A stretch of 47,122 nucleotides of DNA from contig RBNJ01000048.1 in the NCBI GenBank assembly GCA_003990765.1, positions 1-47,122 of the forward strand, in the 5' to 3' direction. This DNA comes from Jimgerdemannia flammicorona (lineage: Eukaryota). Positions 22,834 through 34,500 of the stretch are shown one piece after another. The position numbers and the translations under genes were made by a program. The notes beneath the pieces were generated by a model, which was not told the DNA's origin, searched no databases, and was given only the letters and a program-made list of their open reading frames with translations. Position 1 is the first letter of the stretch. Every line of letters begins with the position of its first letter.

Positions 22834-24350
22834 TGTTATATAGCAGTTGCTGAGTCCTTCAAATATATTAAATTCTCTTCAAGATATATCTCTTAGACTA
22901 ACTACAAGTTTGTTATAAGTAAGTTCTTATTGAATTGCCTTCACAAGGTCTTATAGTCCTCAAACTTCTTATCTTTAAACTATCTTATTATCTCTTAGAT
23001 TGCTTGCATAGAATTAAGTATAAGTAAACTTGACTGACTTTATTTTAAAAGAAATAAGAGAGGTATTTATACAAAATATAATTCAATAGTTGCTAAGATA
23101 TAAAGCTAAATATAAATTCCAATAACTAAATAAAATACTGGAATATAGAAAACTTCAGTTATAAGATAAATTCAAGTGTCTGTACAAATGGTTGCTTAAG
23201 TTCAGGATATCAGTAGATTTCAGTGATATAGAAAAAGAATATCAGAAGATTTCAGTGTTACCAAGAACTTAGAGCAGAATATTCAGGACTATGGGAGCTT
23301 CATCTTCATCACTATCATCAAGACTAGAGATTGGGAACAGAATGTCTTCAAAGGAAATGAGGTCAGCAAACATTTTGTCTATTTCATATACTTTATATAT
23401 GTCACCAATTAGCAGGATGACATCATCACCAATGATGTCATTATGTTCAGTAGTGGTGGGGGCTCTCTAATCTATAACATTCTCTTCTACAAAATAAGGA
23501 ACAAATGTGGGATCTTGGGGAGATCTAACCTAGATACTGGGGTCTTAGATTACTAAGATCAATCCTTAGAGGAATTGATCTGGATTGTTCTGAAGGATGG
23601 GATTCCAGAACTTTTCTACTTCATTACTATTGAGGGTAATGGTGGACTAGACTTCTGTGACCACTATGACTTCCAGTATATTGATATAGTGGGCTGACAA
23701 TTTCTTGAAGTCTGAGACTCTATATACTTCAAGTTGAGGATTGACCATAGTACATACCTAAAGACTTGATAAATCTTTTTAGCTATTTTTATTTTATATA
23801 TATCTATAGGAGTAGTATCTTATATCTCTTGGAGACTAGCTTGAGGGAATTCCTAGTAGAGAAGGTTTTCTTTTTCATATTCCTGCCATATCTAGAGATA
23901 TTTGGTAGTAATAGTAATCTTTATTTTCATTTTACAGCAATAGAGGATATAATTATAAGGGTCACCAGTACCTAGGTTGAGACTAGAAGTTCTTCTTATA
24001 TAGGTCCTTATAGCTTTTTTGATGTCTTGGAATATCCTTTCCTAGACTGAGGGGCCTTAGTGGTTCCTGGACCTTAAGGTTTGGCAAGTGGTAGGTATTT
24101 TATTTATATAAGTCTTTTGAACTATTTCTGTGAGTCTTGTTTAAGTTACTGCTACTGTGGTTTCTTAATTCTTCTTTTATATTCCTTGAGATATCTATTT
24201 TATAGTCATGATGACTCATAGTTGATCATTATTGCTCATCTTGTAGCCTGGGTAAGTTATGCTACATAATCTTCTTATACTCTAATCTGATAGCTTGTAA
24301 GGAAAGGCTATCTTCTGTAATAATATTATCATTCTGAGATCACCATTATA
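22834..24350 (-). repeat. Gypsy-A1 5' LTR (1517 bp), containing a disrupted LTR-ORF copy at 23269-24098
   Basis: Direct repeat of 15636-17186, followed in element orientation by ACT and the PBS. Confidence 0.9.
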
Positions 24351-26320
24351 GTATATAATATATAATATATATTCTATTTCATTTTCTACAACTACTTTAA
24401 ACTCTTCAAATTTCTCTCAGATTTTGCTCTTTACTGATAAAAAATATACATATTGTGAGAAGTAGCAGAATTATACCATCAAAATCATAAATTAGCTACA
24501 TACTATATCTAGTAAGCAATCAAGACTACTTTACTATACCAACCTGTAAAATTAGCCAGAGATGCCAGAAACAATATATTTATCTATACTGGTCTAGTAT
24601 ACTGTACTATTTAGAAATACTTACCATAGATAGCAATCTATAATTAGCAATATAGTAACCAGATAGCAACTACAACTATATAAAATACTCTAGAGATAAG
24701 AGTGAATAAGCCTCAGTCTGAAAAGTTGAAGTATAAACCAAAGAAGTCATTAAAGATTGTGAGCATTGGTTCTCTTTTTCCTACTTCAGTTTACTTTCTG
24801 ATACAAAGCTTAAAGATTTACTACTAAGTTCAAGTAAATAACTCAGATATCTTTTGAAGGAAAATCTGCTGCTTAAAGAATAAGCTGCTATATTTTGGTT
24901 GGCTTACTAGATAAGTCTGAAGAGTTCACCTTAAGAAATCTTGCCACAAGTCAGTCTATCTGATATAACTTTATAGTGGAACTAGTCTATAACATAACCT
25001 CATATAAACAAAGCCAGTCTTATAAAAAATCTGCAATCTATATCATCTGAATTATCTGAATTATCTGTGTTCTTTAAATTATTGAATTATCCACTACTCA
25101 AGTTAAGTTATTAAGTTATTTAATATTTCTCAGAAGAGCTAATTCAGAAAGAATCTATGTCATCTGAGTTATCTGAGTTATCCAAATTATCTATGCCATC
25201 TGAGTGATTATTCAAAAGAAAAAGACTGATTTCAGAGAATTTATATCAAATCAAGTTATCTACCAAATCTGTATACAGAATTCTACTAAGATTATTATAT
25301 AGAAATTACATACTTTTGGAGATCATCATGCTAAACAGAGATTGTATTATACAGAGATTATATTATTATATATAAGGAAACTGCTCACACTATATAAAAA
25401 TTACTATTTATATCTAAGAATCTATCTCAATAAGAAAATCACCAAAATTACTTACAGATATCCAGCTTTAACTATTATACTACTAAACACCAATAAGGAA
25501 TCTTAGAACATTTTGTTGCTTTTTGACATAGTAACTGAGGGCTCAAACCAAACTTCATCAACTCTCAACTTTGTAATTTACCTCCATTGAGTTGGGTATA
25601 TTATATTTTAGAGGCCCCAACAGGAAGATTTCAAAATCAATATAACTTTTTAACTCATAAGAACCCACAGTCTAACTGGATACATTTGATACAATCTCAA
25701 TCTCTATCACTATAGGAGAACTAGTCATTACCAGTATTTAGACAAGAAGAGAAGTAATTACTTTAAAACTTACTAACTATCTAGCTTCAGAAGGATCCCA
25801 ACAAGAAGCCAGCATAGTACAGAATCTCCAGTCAGTGTCAATAGACTTATTACTAGACCAATCAGATCAATCAGATTATATAGATTGTCCTGCCAGAGTT
25901 TTTGATAAGCTTATACAACAACTTGAAGACCTCATTGAACAAGCCTGATTTCCTGCAGAGATCTCACTAATTTCACCCATTGAACCTTTACCAATAACTG
26001 TTATAGAATAAGAAGACCAAGGAGTAGCTCCTTCAAAAATACCCATACCTATTCTACCTTATTCAAGATCTCCAACATCATCCTCAGAATATCTTAGTAT
26101 CTCAAACTTTAATAAAAATTCAGATAGTGAATCAGAATCAGCACCAGAATCAGAATTAGAATCAGAATTAATACTAAGATCAAAACCAGAACTATAATCA
26201 GAAGACAGTAATGATGAAATAGCTACTTCATTATCAACCTTTGCAGGATATACTGAAGAAGACTCAAGAGAATTTCTTAATATATAGAATTGAAAGAATT
26301 ATAGCTCTAAAGAACCTTTC

Positions 26321-26447
26321 TGTTAAGATGGCAACTTGATATATCAGTATATTACCTTATACCATACTATCAGATTTACGTCATTTATCAATAAAGTATG
26401 AAATATATGACCTATGCAACTTCAATAAAATATCTCTCTTTATAATA
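26321..26447 (+). repeat. Copia-2 5' LTR
   Basis: Starts with TG after the TSD, matches 40109-40235, and is followed by the PBS. Confidence 0.85.
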
Positions 26448-29400
26448 AAGTTTATGAGCTCTGCTGGTACTAAGTAGCTATAGTAAATAAATACATCTCT
26501 TTAAAATACACTATACTAGAAATATCTGATAATTAGCTTAGTAATGTGAGCATAAAAATAGATATATCAATTATAAGCATTCCACCAACCATAGATGTAA
26601 CCACCTCTATAGATATAGGAAATACAGTTTCAGTTATTAGTATAAATATAGCCAAGAGGTCCATCTCAATCTTCAATAGAAAAGACTATACCATTTGAGT
26701 GTTTTATATAATAAATCTTCTTGATGAATATAGCTTAGTAAAATATATAAAGCTACAAGTACTAATTTAAGATTATAATATCACAAATGATTGCTGAGTA
26801 TTACAAAAGATCATATTCACATTATTGAATTCTCAGATAAAGCTCATAATGCACACTATGATAGCTTATGAGACATGGAAAGTCCTATGTAATTATCATA
26901 TATATACAAGCATTTATGTCAAATTGATTCCACCTGAAATCTCAGTTATTTAATCTTCAAATGAAGCTTAAGGAGAGCATCTATGAATATGCCTATCATA
27001 TTGACAATCTGGTGAATCAAGTGAATTCCCTCAGTATGTCTGCAGATTATAATAGAAATGAAGACAAGGTTATAGCACTCATAAGAGGACTTCCGGATGT
27101 ATATAATATTATAGTAGCAGTTATATATAAGAGCAGAAGACTCTCAGATTATCCTACATGATAACAAGCCTTATGAATGAGAAAATATATCAAGGAAATG
27201 GTGCTGATGATGATGAAAATATCTTTGATAGATCTTACAGATATAGTGCTAAACAAGAGAAGTGTGGACAATAAGGTCAAAGAAGATGAACCCAAACCCA
27301 AGCTCAACAATATAACAATCAGTCCAGCTAATCAACCAAGTATAATGGTTACTGTGAATACTATAGCAAGTATAGATATAGAAAGTACTATTATTATAGT
27401 TGGAAAAATGACAAGGAGAGTAGTAAAAATAAGTATGAAAAAAGCCAGTATTGGTAATATAGGAATGACAGAAAGAACTATCAAGAGAAGTATAGCAATG
27501 TAAATATTACTAAAACTAATGAAAGCAGTAATCTATTTTTTGTACAAGCTGCCAGTAATGCCAGTTCTGCCAGCATAAGATCTACTGTCAAATTCACCAA
27601 CCTATTATCTTTGAATTCTCATCAGTAAGACACTTTTGGACTGATAAAAAATAGTAATATCAATACTGCCAATAACTATATATTCTCTAAGTATACATCT
27701 GATAAATGCACCAATAATATAACTAATGACAATGATGTTTAGCTAATAGATTCTGGAGCAACATAATATATAATACCATACAGAGAATGGCTCTCTATAT
27801 ATAAGTCTTTCAAGCACTCTATACTTATTAAGTTAAGAGATAACAATATCATCTATATTCAAGAAAAAGAAAATATAGAGATATATCTCTATAGAAATAT
27901 CATTGAGCTCACTGCTACTTTTGTAACTATAATGTATACTCTAAAGATAGAAAAAAAACCTCTTCTCTATAGGCAAAATGATGACTTATAATAATATAGA
28001 GATTTATATATATTCAAAGAGTACTATAGTATACAATTTGCATGACAATGAGCTGATGATAGTTTTGAAATATAGTTATCTTTATATGATCAATAAGATA
28101 CTATATAGTATAAAAGCCTCTAATTATAACAATTACATCTGACATATTCAATATATAGTATTAATATTTAAGATATATTAGTAATATAAGCCTTAAATGT
28201 ATAATAAGAAGTGACTTATTAAGTGAATTGCCAGTATATATACATGAAGAGGATAAATTTTATGAGACATATAGAAAAGAAAGCTTCTCAATGCCTGTTC
28301 AAAGAATGATTAAAGCATATCTTAAGAATCCTTGATCTCATCTATACTGAAATATATAGTCTAATGCATACTTTATCATATTCTGGTAAGAGATATTTTT
28401 GAATGTTTATTGATAATCATATGTACAAGGTATATATATTTCCTATTGACAAAGAGCAAAGTCTTAGAGAAATTCAAAGAATTCAAAACAATTGCTGAGA
28501 ATGAAACAGGATATAGAATATATAATATATACTAGTTAATGGATATGAATATATCAATAATATATTCAGGCAATTCTTGATAAAATATGGTATAAGCCAT
28601 CAGATGATGACTCCTTATATACTTTAAGAAAATGGTATAGCTAAGCAATTTAACCATATGGCTATAGAAATAGTATATACATATAATAATCAATGTAGCT
28701 AGACTAGAATTTTCTATTGGGCCAAAGCCATCAACACAGCAGTATATATCTGCAACTGATATATACATATATTGATTACTAAGTAAGAAAGCTGGTCACA
28801 ATAAGTATAAGAACTCCTAAAGAATTATGGAGCAGATCCAAGCTGAATATATCTTATCTATATATATTTAATTATAAGACATACATCCTATCTAGTATAA
28901 ATTCAAGTCAAAGGCAGTTAAGCACATACTTCTAAGATATAGCAGAAAATCATATAGGCTCTAGAATCTATATATGAATTGTATGGTAATTTCACATAAT
29001 GTATAGTTCAGAGAAAAAGGAAATAATAAGGAGATCTATGTAGAAATATCAGTTAAAACAACCTTTACATCTCAGCTAGTAGAAATATAGCAATTAGTAC
29101 AACTGTCATCCATCTGTTCAGTAATAAATCAAAATTATTTTCAACTACTATATATATCTAAGCCTGAGTTAAGGATTACCAAGATCAAAGATGAAGATGA
29201 TAAATACAATGATAAAGAATCTTATACAAAGAGAAAATAATTACAAAAGTACTCTAATATATACTGAAAAATACTTTTAGAATTGAAAAGTTATTGGGAC
29301 ATACTAGTAAGCTCTAGACACCAGCAATATTAAGACTATATAAGCTATACTGAAGCATATAAATATACATATATTATACATCTTTCAGTAAGCCAAGCAT

Positions 29401-29952
29401 ATATGACAAGACAATACAATATCTCAATAATAAGAAATAGCAATGCATAATAGATGAGAAGTATGATTCACTCATTAAAAATAATATATGAGATCTAGTA
29501 TCTCTTTTACCAAACTGTCAAGCAATTAGATCCAAGTGAGTGTATAGAATAATACATAATACTGATAGCAATATAGAGCAGTATAAAGCTTATTTTGTTA
29601 TCAAGGATTATTTGTAGAATTATAGTATAGACAATAACAAAACATTTTTACTAGTATTTAAGCTTACTTTACTTAAAATACTCCTTGTGAATTGTGTAGT
29701 ATATAATCTCAAAATCTATCAAATAGATATAAAGACAGTATTTCTGAATAGTGATGTAAATACTGAACTATATATCTATCAACCACAAAGATATAAAAAT
29801 AGTGAGCTCATATACAGATTATATAAAAGACTATTGTAACAGTGACCCCAGAATGATGACATCAGTACAGGAGACAGTCTTTTCTTGCAAGCCATCAGAT
29901 CAGAGCACAAGAAGATCATATGGCATATGAGATGAGTGATGATGACCAACTG

Positions 29953-29996
29953 TGAGTCATTGTGACCACAGTTCAGATATCTTGAGGAATATAAAA
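29953..29996 (+). promoter_or_regulatory. Putative promoter of the LTR ORF: AP-1/Gcn4-type TGAGTCA (29953-29959) and TATAAAA (29990-29996)
   Basis: Both motifs are retained at the same place in all four LTRs (ATGAGTCAT in three), ~80-125 bp upstream of an A-rich ACAAAATG start. Confidence 0.55.
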
Positions 29997-30076
29997 GAAG
30001 GATCAAGAAACTACAGTAGTAGCAACCAACAAGACTCACCAATCCCAAAATAGCTCAAAGACTTACCACAAACAAA

Positions 30077-30910
30077 ATGCCTGCTGCTCACCAAACCTCA
30101 AGGTCAAGAAACTACCAAGGTATCTCAGTTGAAGAAAAGATGTTCCAAGACATCAGAAGAGCCATGAGGATCCACTTAAGAAGGACTCCTAGTGTCAACC
30201 TGGATACTGCACATCCTTATCACTTTATTCTCTACCATCATGAAATGGAAACAAGGATCACTATTGCTACCAAATGCCTCCAAATGTGGCAGGAGTACAA
30301 AATAGGAAACCTCCTCTGTCAAGAGGTCTTACAGGCCAGCACTCAAGAGCTACAAGATGCCACTCCTATAGATATATATGAAACAAGAACAGCTGAGAAG
30401 ATCTATCAGATCTTCAGACATGCACCATGGTTGATCCCCAACTTGGAGTATGTTAGAGTCTCAGATTTTAGAGACCTGTCATCCTGCCATATCAATGCAC
30501 TAGAAGCCAAGGTGGCAACAGAGGCCCAGTCCACTATCACCCTCAATAGTGATGAAGTAGAAGACTTCTGGCATCCCATTCTCCAGAACAACCCAGATCA
30601 ATTCCTACAAGGATTGATCTCAGTATTCCAAGGCCCAAGCATTCAGGTTAGACCTCCCCAAGACCCCACATTTGTTCCCTATTTTGTGGAAGAGAACCTC
30701 ATAGACTGGAGAGCTCCAGATCTCCTTGTTCTCACCACTGCCACTGCTGAATATAATGATGTCATCAGTAATAATGTCATCCTACACAACATCAAAGTAT
30801 ATAAAACATGCAACTTATGTAATGGTGACAAATTCACAGACCTTATCTCCTTTGAAGACATCCTGACCTCTGATGATAAAGCCCCTATAGTCTTGAACAT
30901 TCTGCTCTAA
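30077..30910 (+). CDS. Intact 277-aa protein of unknown function encoded entirely within the LTR (U3)
   Basis: ATG-to-TAA open frame with homologous disrupted copies in the other three LTRs. Basic N-terminus, acidic C-terminal half, no obvious signal peptide or transmembrane segment. Confidence 0.8.
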   Translation: MPAAHQTSRSRNYQGISVEEKMFQDIRRAMRIHLRRTPSVNLDTAHPYHFILYHHEMETRITIATKCLQMWQEYKIGNLLCQEVLQASTQELQDATPIDIYETRTAEKIYQIFRHAPWLIPNLEYVRVSDFRDLSSCHINALEAKVATEAQSTITLNSDEVEDFWHPILQNNPDQFLQGLISVFQGPSIQVRPPQDPTFVPYFVEENLIDWRAPDLLVLTTATAEYNDVISNNVILHNIKVYKTCNLCNGDKFTDLISFEDILTSDDKAPIVLNILL

Positions 30911-30922
30911 GTCTCTTAGTTA

Positions 30923-31045
30923 TACTGAATAATGCCAGCACTAGCATTTTGATATAATACTGAATAATACCAGCATTGGCATTTTGATGTAATACTGAAT
31001 AATGCTAGCACTGGCATTTTGATGTAATACTGGATTATACCAGTA
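30923..31045 (+). repeat. 35-bp tandem repeat (3 copies plus a partial) in U3, enhancer-like
   Basis: Unit TACTGAATAATGCCAGCACTGGCATTTTGATRTAA. The 3' LTR has only 2 full copies (38184-38253). Confidence 0.85.
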
Positions 31046-31172
31046 TCCTGAACCTGAACAACCATCAGTGCTGACTCTGGAACTTAGCAGTTTTTCCTGT
31101 CCTGGCATTTTATTTTAGTTATTGGAATTTATATTTAGCTTTATATCTTAGCAATCATTGAATTATATTTTG

Positions 31173-31205
31173 TATAAATACTCCTCTTATTTCCTCTGAA
31201 ATAAA
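31173..31205 (+). promoter_or_regulatory. Putative main LTR TATA box (TATAAATA 31173-31180) and poly(A) signal (AATAAA 31200-31205)
   Basis: The motif pair lies ~210-240 bp from the LTR end and is present in the other LTR copies. Confidence 0.5.
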
Positions 31206-31416
31206 GTCTGTCAACTCAGTGCAATACACACACTTCCTTGCAAACAATCTAAGAGATAACAAGACAGTTTAAAAGATAAGAAGTTTGAGAACTATAAGAT
31301 CTTAGGAAGATACTCCAATAAGAACTTGCTTATAACAAACTTGAGTTAGTCTAAGAGATACACCTTGAAGAGAATCTGGTATATTTGAAGGACTCAGCAA
31401 CCACTATGTGACAACT

Positions 31417-31433
31417 TGGTACCCATTGGCTGG
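31417..31433 (+). promoter_or_regulatory. Gypsy-A primer-binding site (tRNA not identified)
   Basis: TGGTACCCATTGGCTGG lies 3 nt after the LTR. The other copy reads TAGTGCCTATTGGCTGG. Confidence 0.7.
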
Positions 31434-31539
31434 TAATTCAAGATGAATTCCTCACTTTCAAGCTGAAAAATTAACAACCTCCACAACAACTACCCTGACT
31501 ACAAGAGTCACTCCTGCAAGAATTTAAGATAAGATAGAA

Positions 31540-34500
31540 ATATATCTCCCCACATTTTATAGATATACTACTGAAGAGTCAATCCTGATCTTTATTGAAG
31601 ACTTTGAACAATTCACTGCCATATGAGCCCTTGGTATGGATGTACAATTGGCCCTTCTATCAGTCAGCCTCAGAGAACCTGCCAGAGACATATTCAATGC
31701 AGCCACTATTGCTGATAATGATGCAGCCAAACTTGCCAATATAAAGGCCTTCCTCAGAACAACATACTATACTGAAGAGATCAAGCAAGCTCTCAAGGAT
31801 CAACTCAATACTATCTACTAGAGACTTAGTAAAGATCCCAACTTATTCTATATCTGAATCTGCCACCAGATTGTCTTGGCTAGCTATGATGATGCCCTCA
31901 AGGAACAAATAGCAGATTCAATCTTTCTTAAAGGAGGTCATCCTAAAATTGCCCTAGCAATCTGGTCTACCCTAGCTGCACTAACCCTTAATCAGAAAGT
32001 GGTCTTTGTATAGAGATATTGGACTGCCAGACACCCTGCTGAATACTCAATGGAGAAAATAACTGGTATCAAGATAGAGTCATCAAAGCCAACTAGTATT
32101 ATATCTGCTATAGTTGTAAACAGACAACCAACCCTACCTACCTCCAAGGCAGCCAAAGCTGACCCAGTGGAGGAACTTGCCAAGCAGTTCACTGAGATGA
32201 CTGCACACCTTGGTGATGTTGTTAGAGAAGTCCAAAGTGCCAACAAGAGACCAGTGTAGAGATTTGCAGCTGCTACAGAAGAATACAATATGTATCACAT
32301 ACTTCAGATGTAGAGAAGAAGGCCACTATGCAAAGAATTGCATGACCAAAACAAGATGCAAAGCCCAACCAAGCAATGCTAGCAGAACCAGAGAACAAAC
32401 CAATACAGTAGTTATTGAGGAGATTGATGATACTGATGATGAATAATACTACAAGGAGCTCAAATTCTACCCTGCTACTGACAATACCAGAACTCGGTCC
32501 AAGCCCTATGACAGGAAGAGCAACAGTAAGCCAGTTGGAAGACCAAAGAAGACCCAGCTGTCACTATTCAAAGTAAGACTCAATTTAAGGAGATTGATCA
32601 AGATATGGAGTTAGATAAAGCTGCCTGCCAAATCATTAAAGGTACTACTCCAGTCTTAGGAGAAAGTGAAAGTAAGAAGGAATAGAAGCTGCACAAGACT
32701 AAGATCCACCAGTATGATATCTACAAGGATCTTAAGGAACAGAAGATCAATGCTACTTTTGGACAGCTAGCTGAAGTCAGATAGCAGTTGAGAGTAGGAC
32801 TTGCAACTACTGCCAAACAAGATTGTAGAAGCTCACAATGTATAGAAAGAATCCAAAAACTCAGATGAAGAATCTGAAGACCAGCACAAGACATCAGCCT
32901 ATACCCCATGTCAGATCAAAGACTGTATCTTTGATACCATCATTAATATCAGTGCTGGAGGATGCCTCATGAGCAAGAAGGCAATTGACCACCTAGGTTG
33001 GGACATTGAAGAGTCCACCAAGATGATCTATATTATAGCAGATGGTATATGAGCTACCCCTCTTGGCAAAATCTGAGAAGTCCCCATCAAGATAAGAGGA
33101 GCTACTATCTCAGTAGACATGATTGCTATAAGTGTCACCAACTATAACATCCTCATTAGCAACTAATAGCTTCACAAGGCCAAGGCCATCATTGACCTCA
33201 ATGCCCAGAAGATACAGATCAACTATAGAGGAAGAAAGGTATAAGTCTCTATAAATATCTATAAAGGAGTTCTACCAGACATGGAGGAAGGAGATGAAGA
33301 GGACACAGAGGTCTTTATGCACTCAGTGAACAAGAATAAGAACAAGACACCCAAGCTCACAGGTGAGCAGTGGTACAATAAGATCATTGATAGCTATGTC
33401 CCTCAAGGAAGATGCCCCCATGGTACTAGGATGTACTGCTCTGAACACCTGAATAACTGCTAGTCCTGTATCAGTAAAGTTAGGAAAATCAACCAACAGA
33501 AATATGAGCAAGAAGCTGCTGAAGCAAAAAAGAAAGCTAAAGAAGATGACTAGCCCCCTGAGTTTCAGGCTGACAGTGATGAGGAGGAACAAGAACCAGA
33601 TATCACCCTCAAGATTGAGAAGTTCAACCCTAAAATCAAGATCCCAGAATACAAGACTGAAGGAGCTATAGGAATGGACCTTGCCAGCATTCAAGATGCT
33701 ACCCTCAAACCACAGACCACCACTCTACTTAACACTGGAATTGAAGTCAAGCTGCCAGAGAACTATGCCAGAATTATCAAGACTAGGAGTAGTCTGGCCA
33801 AGAGTGAAATCTCAGTTGAAGGAGGAGTAATTGACCCTGATTACACTGGTGAGATCTTCCTTATAGTCAGAAATTACAACTCTACCACCCTATTTGAAGT
33901 CAAGAAGCATGACAGGATTGGCCAGATACTGATCCACGAAATCAAGAAACCCAAGATCATTGAAGCTATCAAACTCATCAAGACCAAGAGAGAAGAACAA
34001 GGTTTTGGATCTACTGGAAGAGGAGCCTATGCTGCCACCAAGATTACCAAACTTGAACATAAGAAAGATAAGGACCAGAATAAGCACACATATACTATTG
34101 GAGAAAACTTTCCCCTGGAAGAACAACTTCTCAAGATCTTATACTAGAATGACAGAGTACTTACTACTGACTTCAGAGATATCTATAATCAAGAACCCAA
34201 GTACTTCCATGAAGTTGACTCTAGTAATACCAAGCCTATCTACCAGAAGGCCAGACTCATACCACCTGTCTACAGAGAATGACTGTGAGCAGAACTCAAG
34301 GAAATGGAAGAAGCCAAAATCATCAAGCAAGCTATCAGTCCCTGGGCTTCATCCATTGTCCTTGCCCCAAAAAAGGAAGCAAGCCTAGAGAGTTTGCACC
34401 AAGACTCTGTATTGACTATAGGAAGCTCAATATCATTACTAAGAAAGATAGGCAGCCCTTGCCAAATATTCAAAAAATTCTTACCACTCTTGGAAGCAAA

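Larger units (their letters stand above)
15636..24350 (-). mobile_element. Gypsy-A copy 1: full-length Ty3/gypsy element (8715 bp) with dUTPase and ORF-bearing LTRs
   Basis: LTRs 22834-24350 (5') and 15636-17186 (3'), PBS 22814-22830, PPT AGGAGGAAGA 17187-17196, TSD GTAT at 15632-15635 and 24351-24354. Colinear with 29835-38639. Confidence 0.93.
13040..24453 (-). mobile_element. Copia-3: degenerate Ty1/copia pol remnant (IN-RT-RH) in pieces ~13040-14455, 14848-15635 and 24355-24453
   Basis: The reverse strand gives YVYFLSVKSKI*EKFEEFKVVVENE (24453-24355), continuing across the Gypsy-A insertion into SDNRYKYINSKFKQYL..HQIIA. RT remnants follow, then an RNase H end, ASLTKALPGQKFKQY, at ~13070-13115. 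LTRs were not identified. Confidence 0.8.
29835..31413 (+). repeat. Gypsy-A2 5' LTR (1579 bp)
   Basis: TGTAAC...GTGACA termini; direct repeat of 37097-38639. Confidence 0.93.

Noticed and set aside
30077-30910. LTR ORF or ORF3 as an env gene
   Set aside because: No signal peptide, furin site plus fusion peptide or transmembrane anchor is visible, and both are too short.
30923-31045. 35-bp repeats as a CRISPR array
   Set aside because: Head-to-tail units with no unique spacers, inside an LTR, and no cas genes.
31417-31441. Assigning the Gypsy-A PBS to tRNA-Gly
   Set aside because: It resembles TGGTGCATTGGCCGG only with a 2-nt insertion, and the sequence is mutated. The host tRNA set is needed.
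32280-32300. Programmed gag frameshift before the zinc knuckle
   Set aside because: The A1 copy is in frame here; A2 has a private 4-bp insertion.
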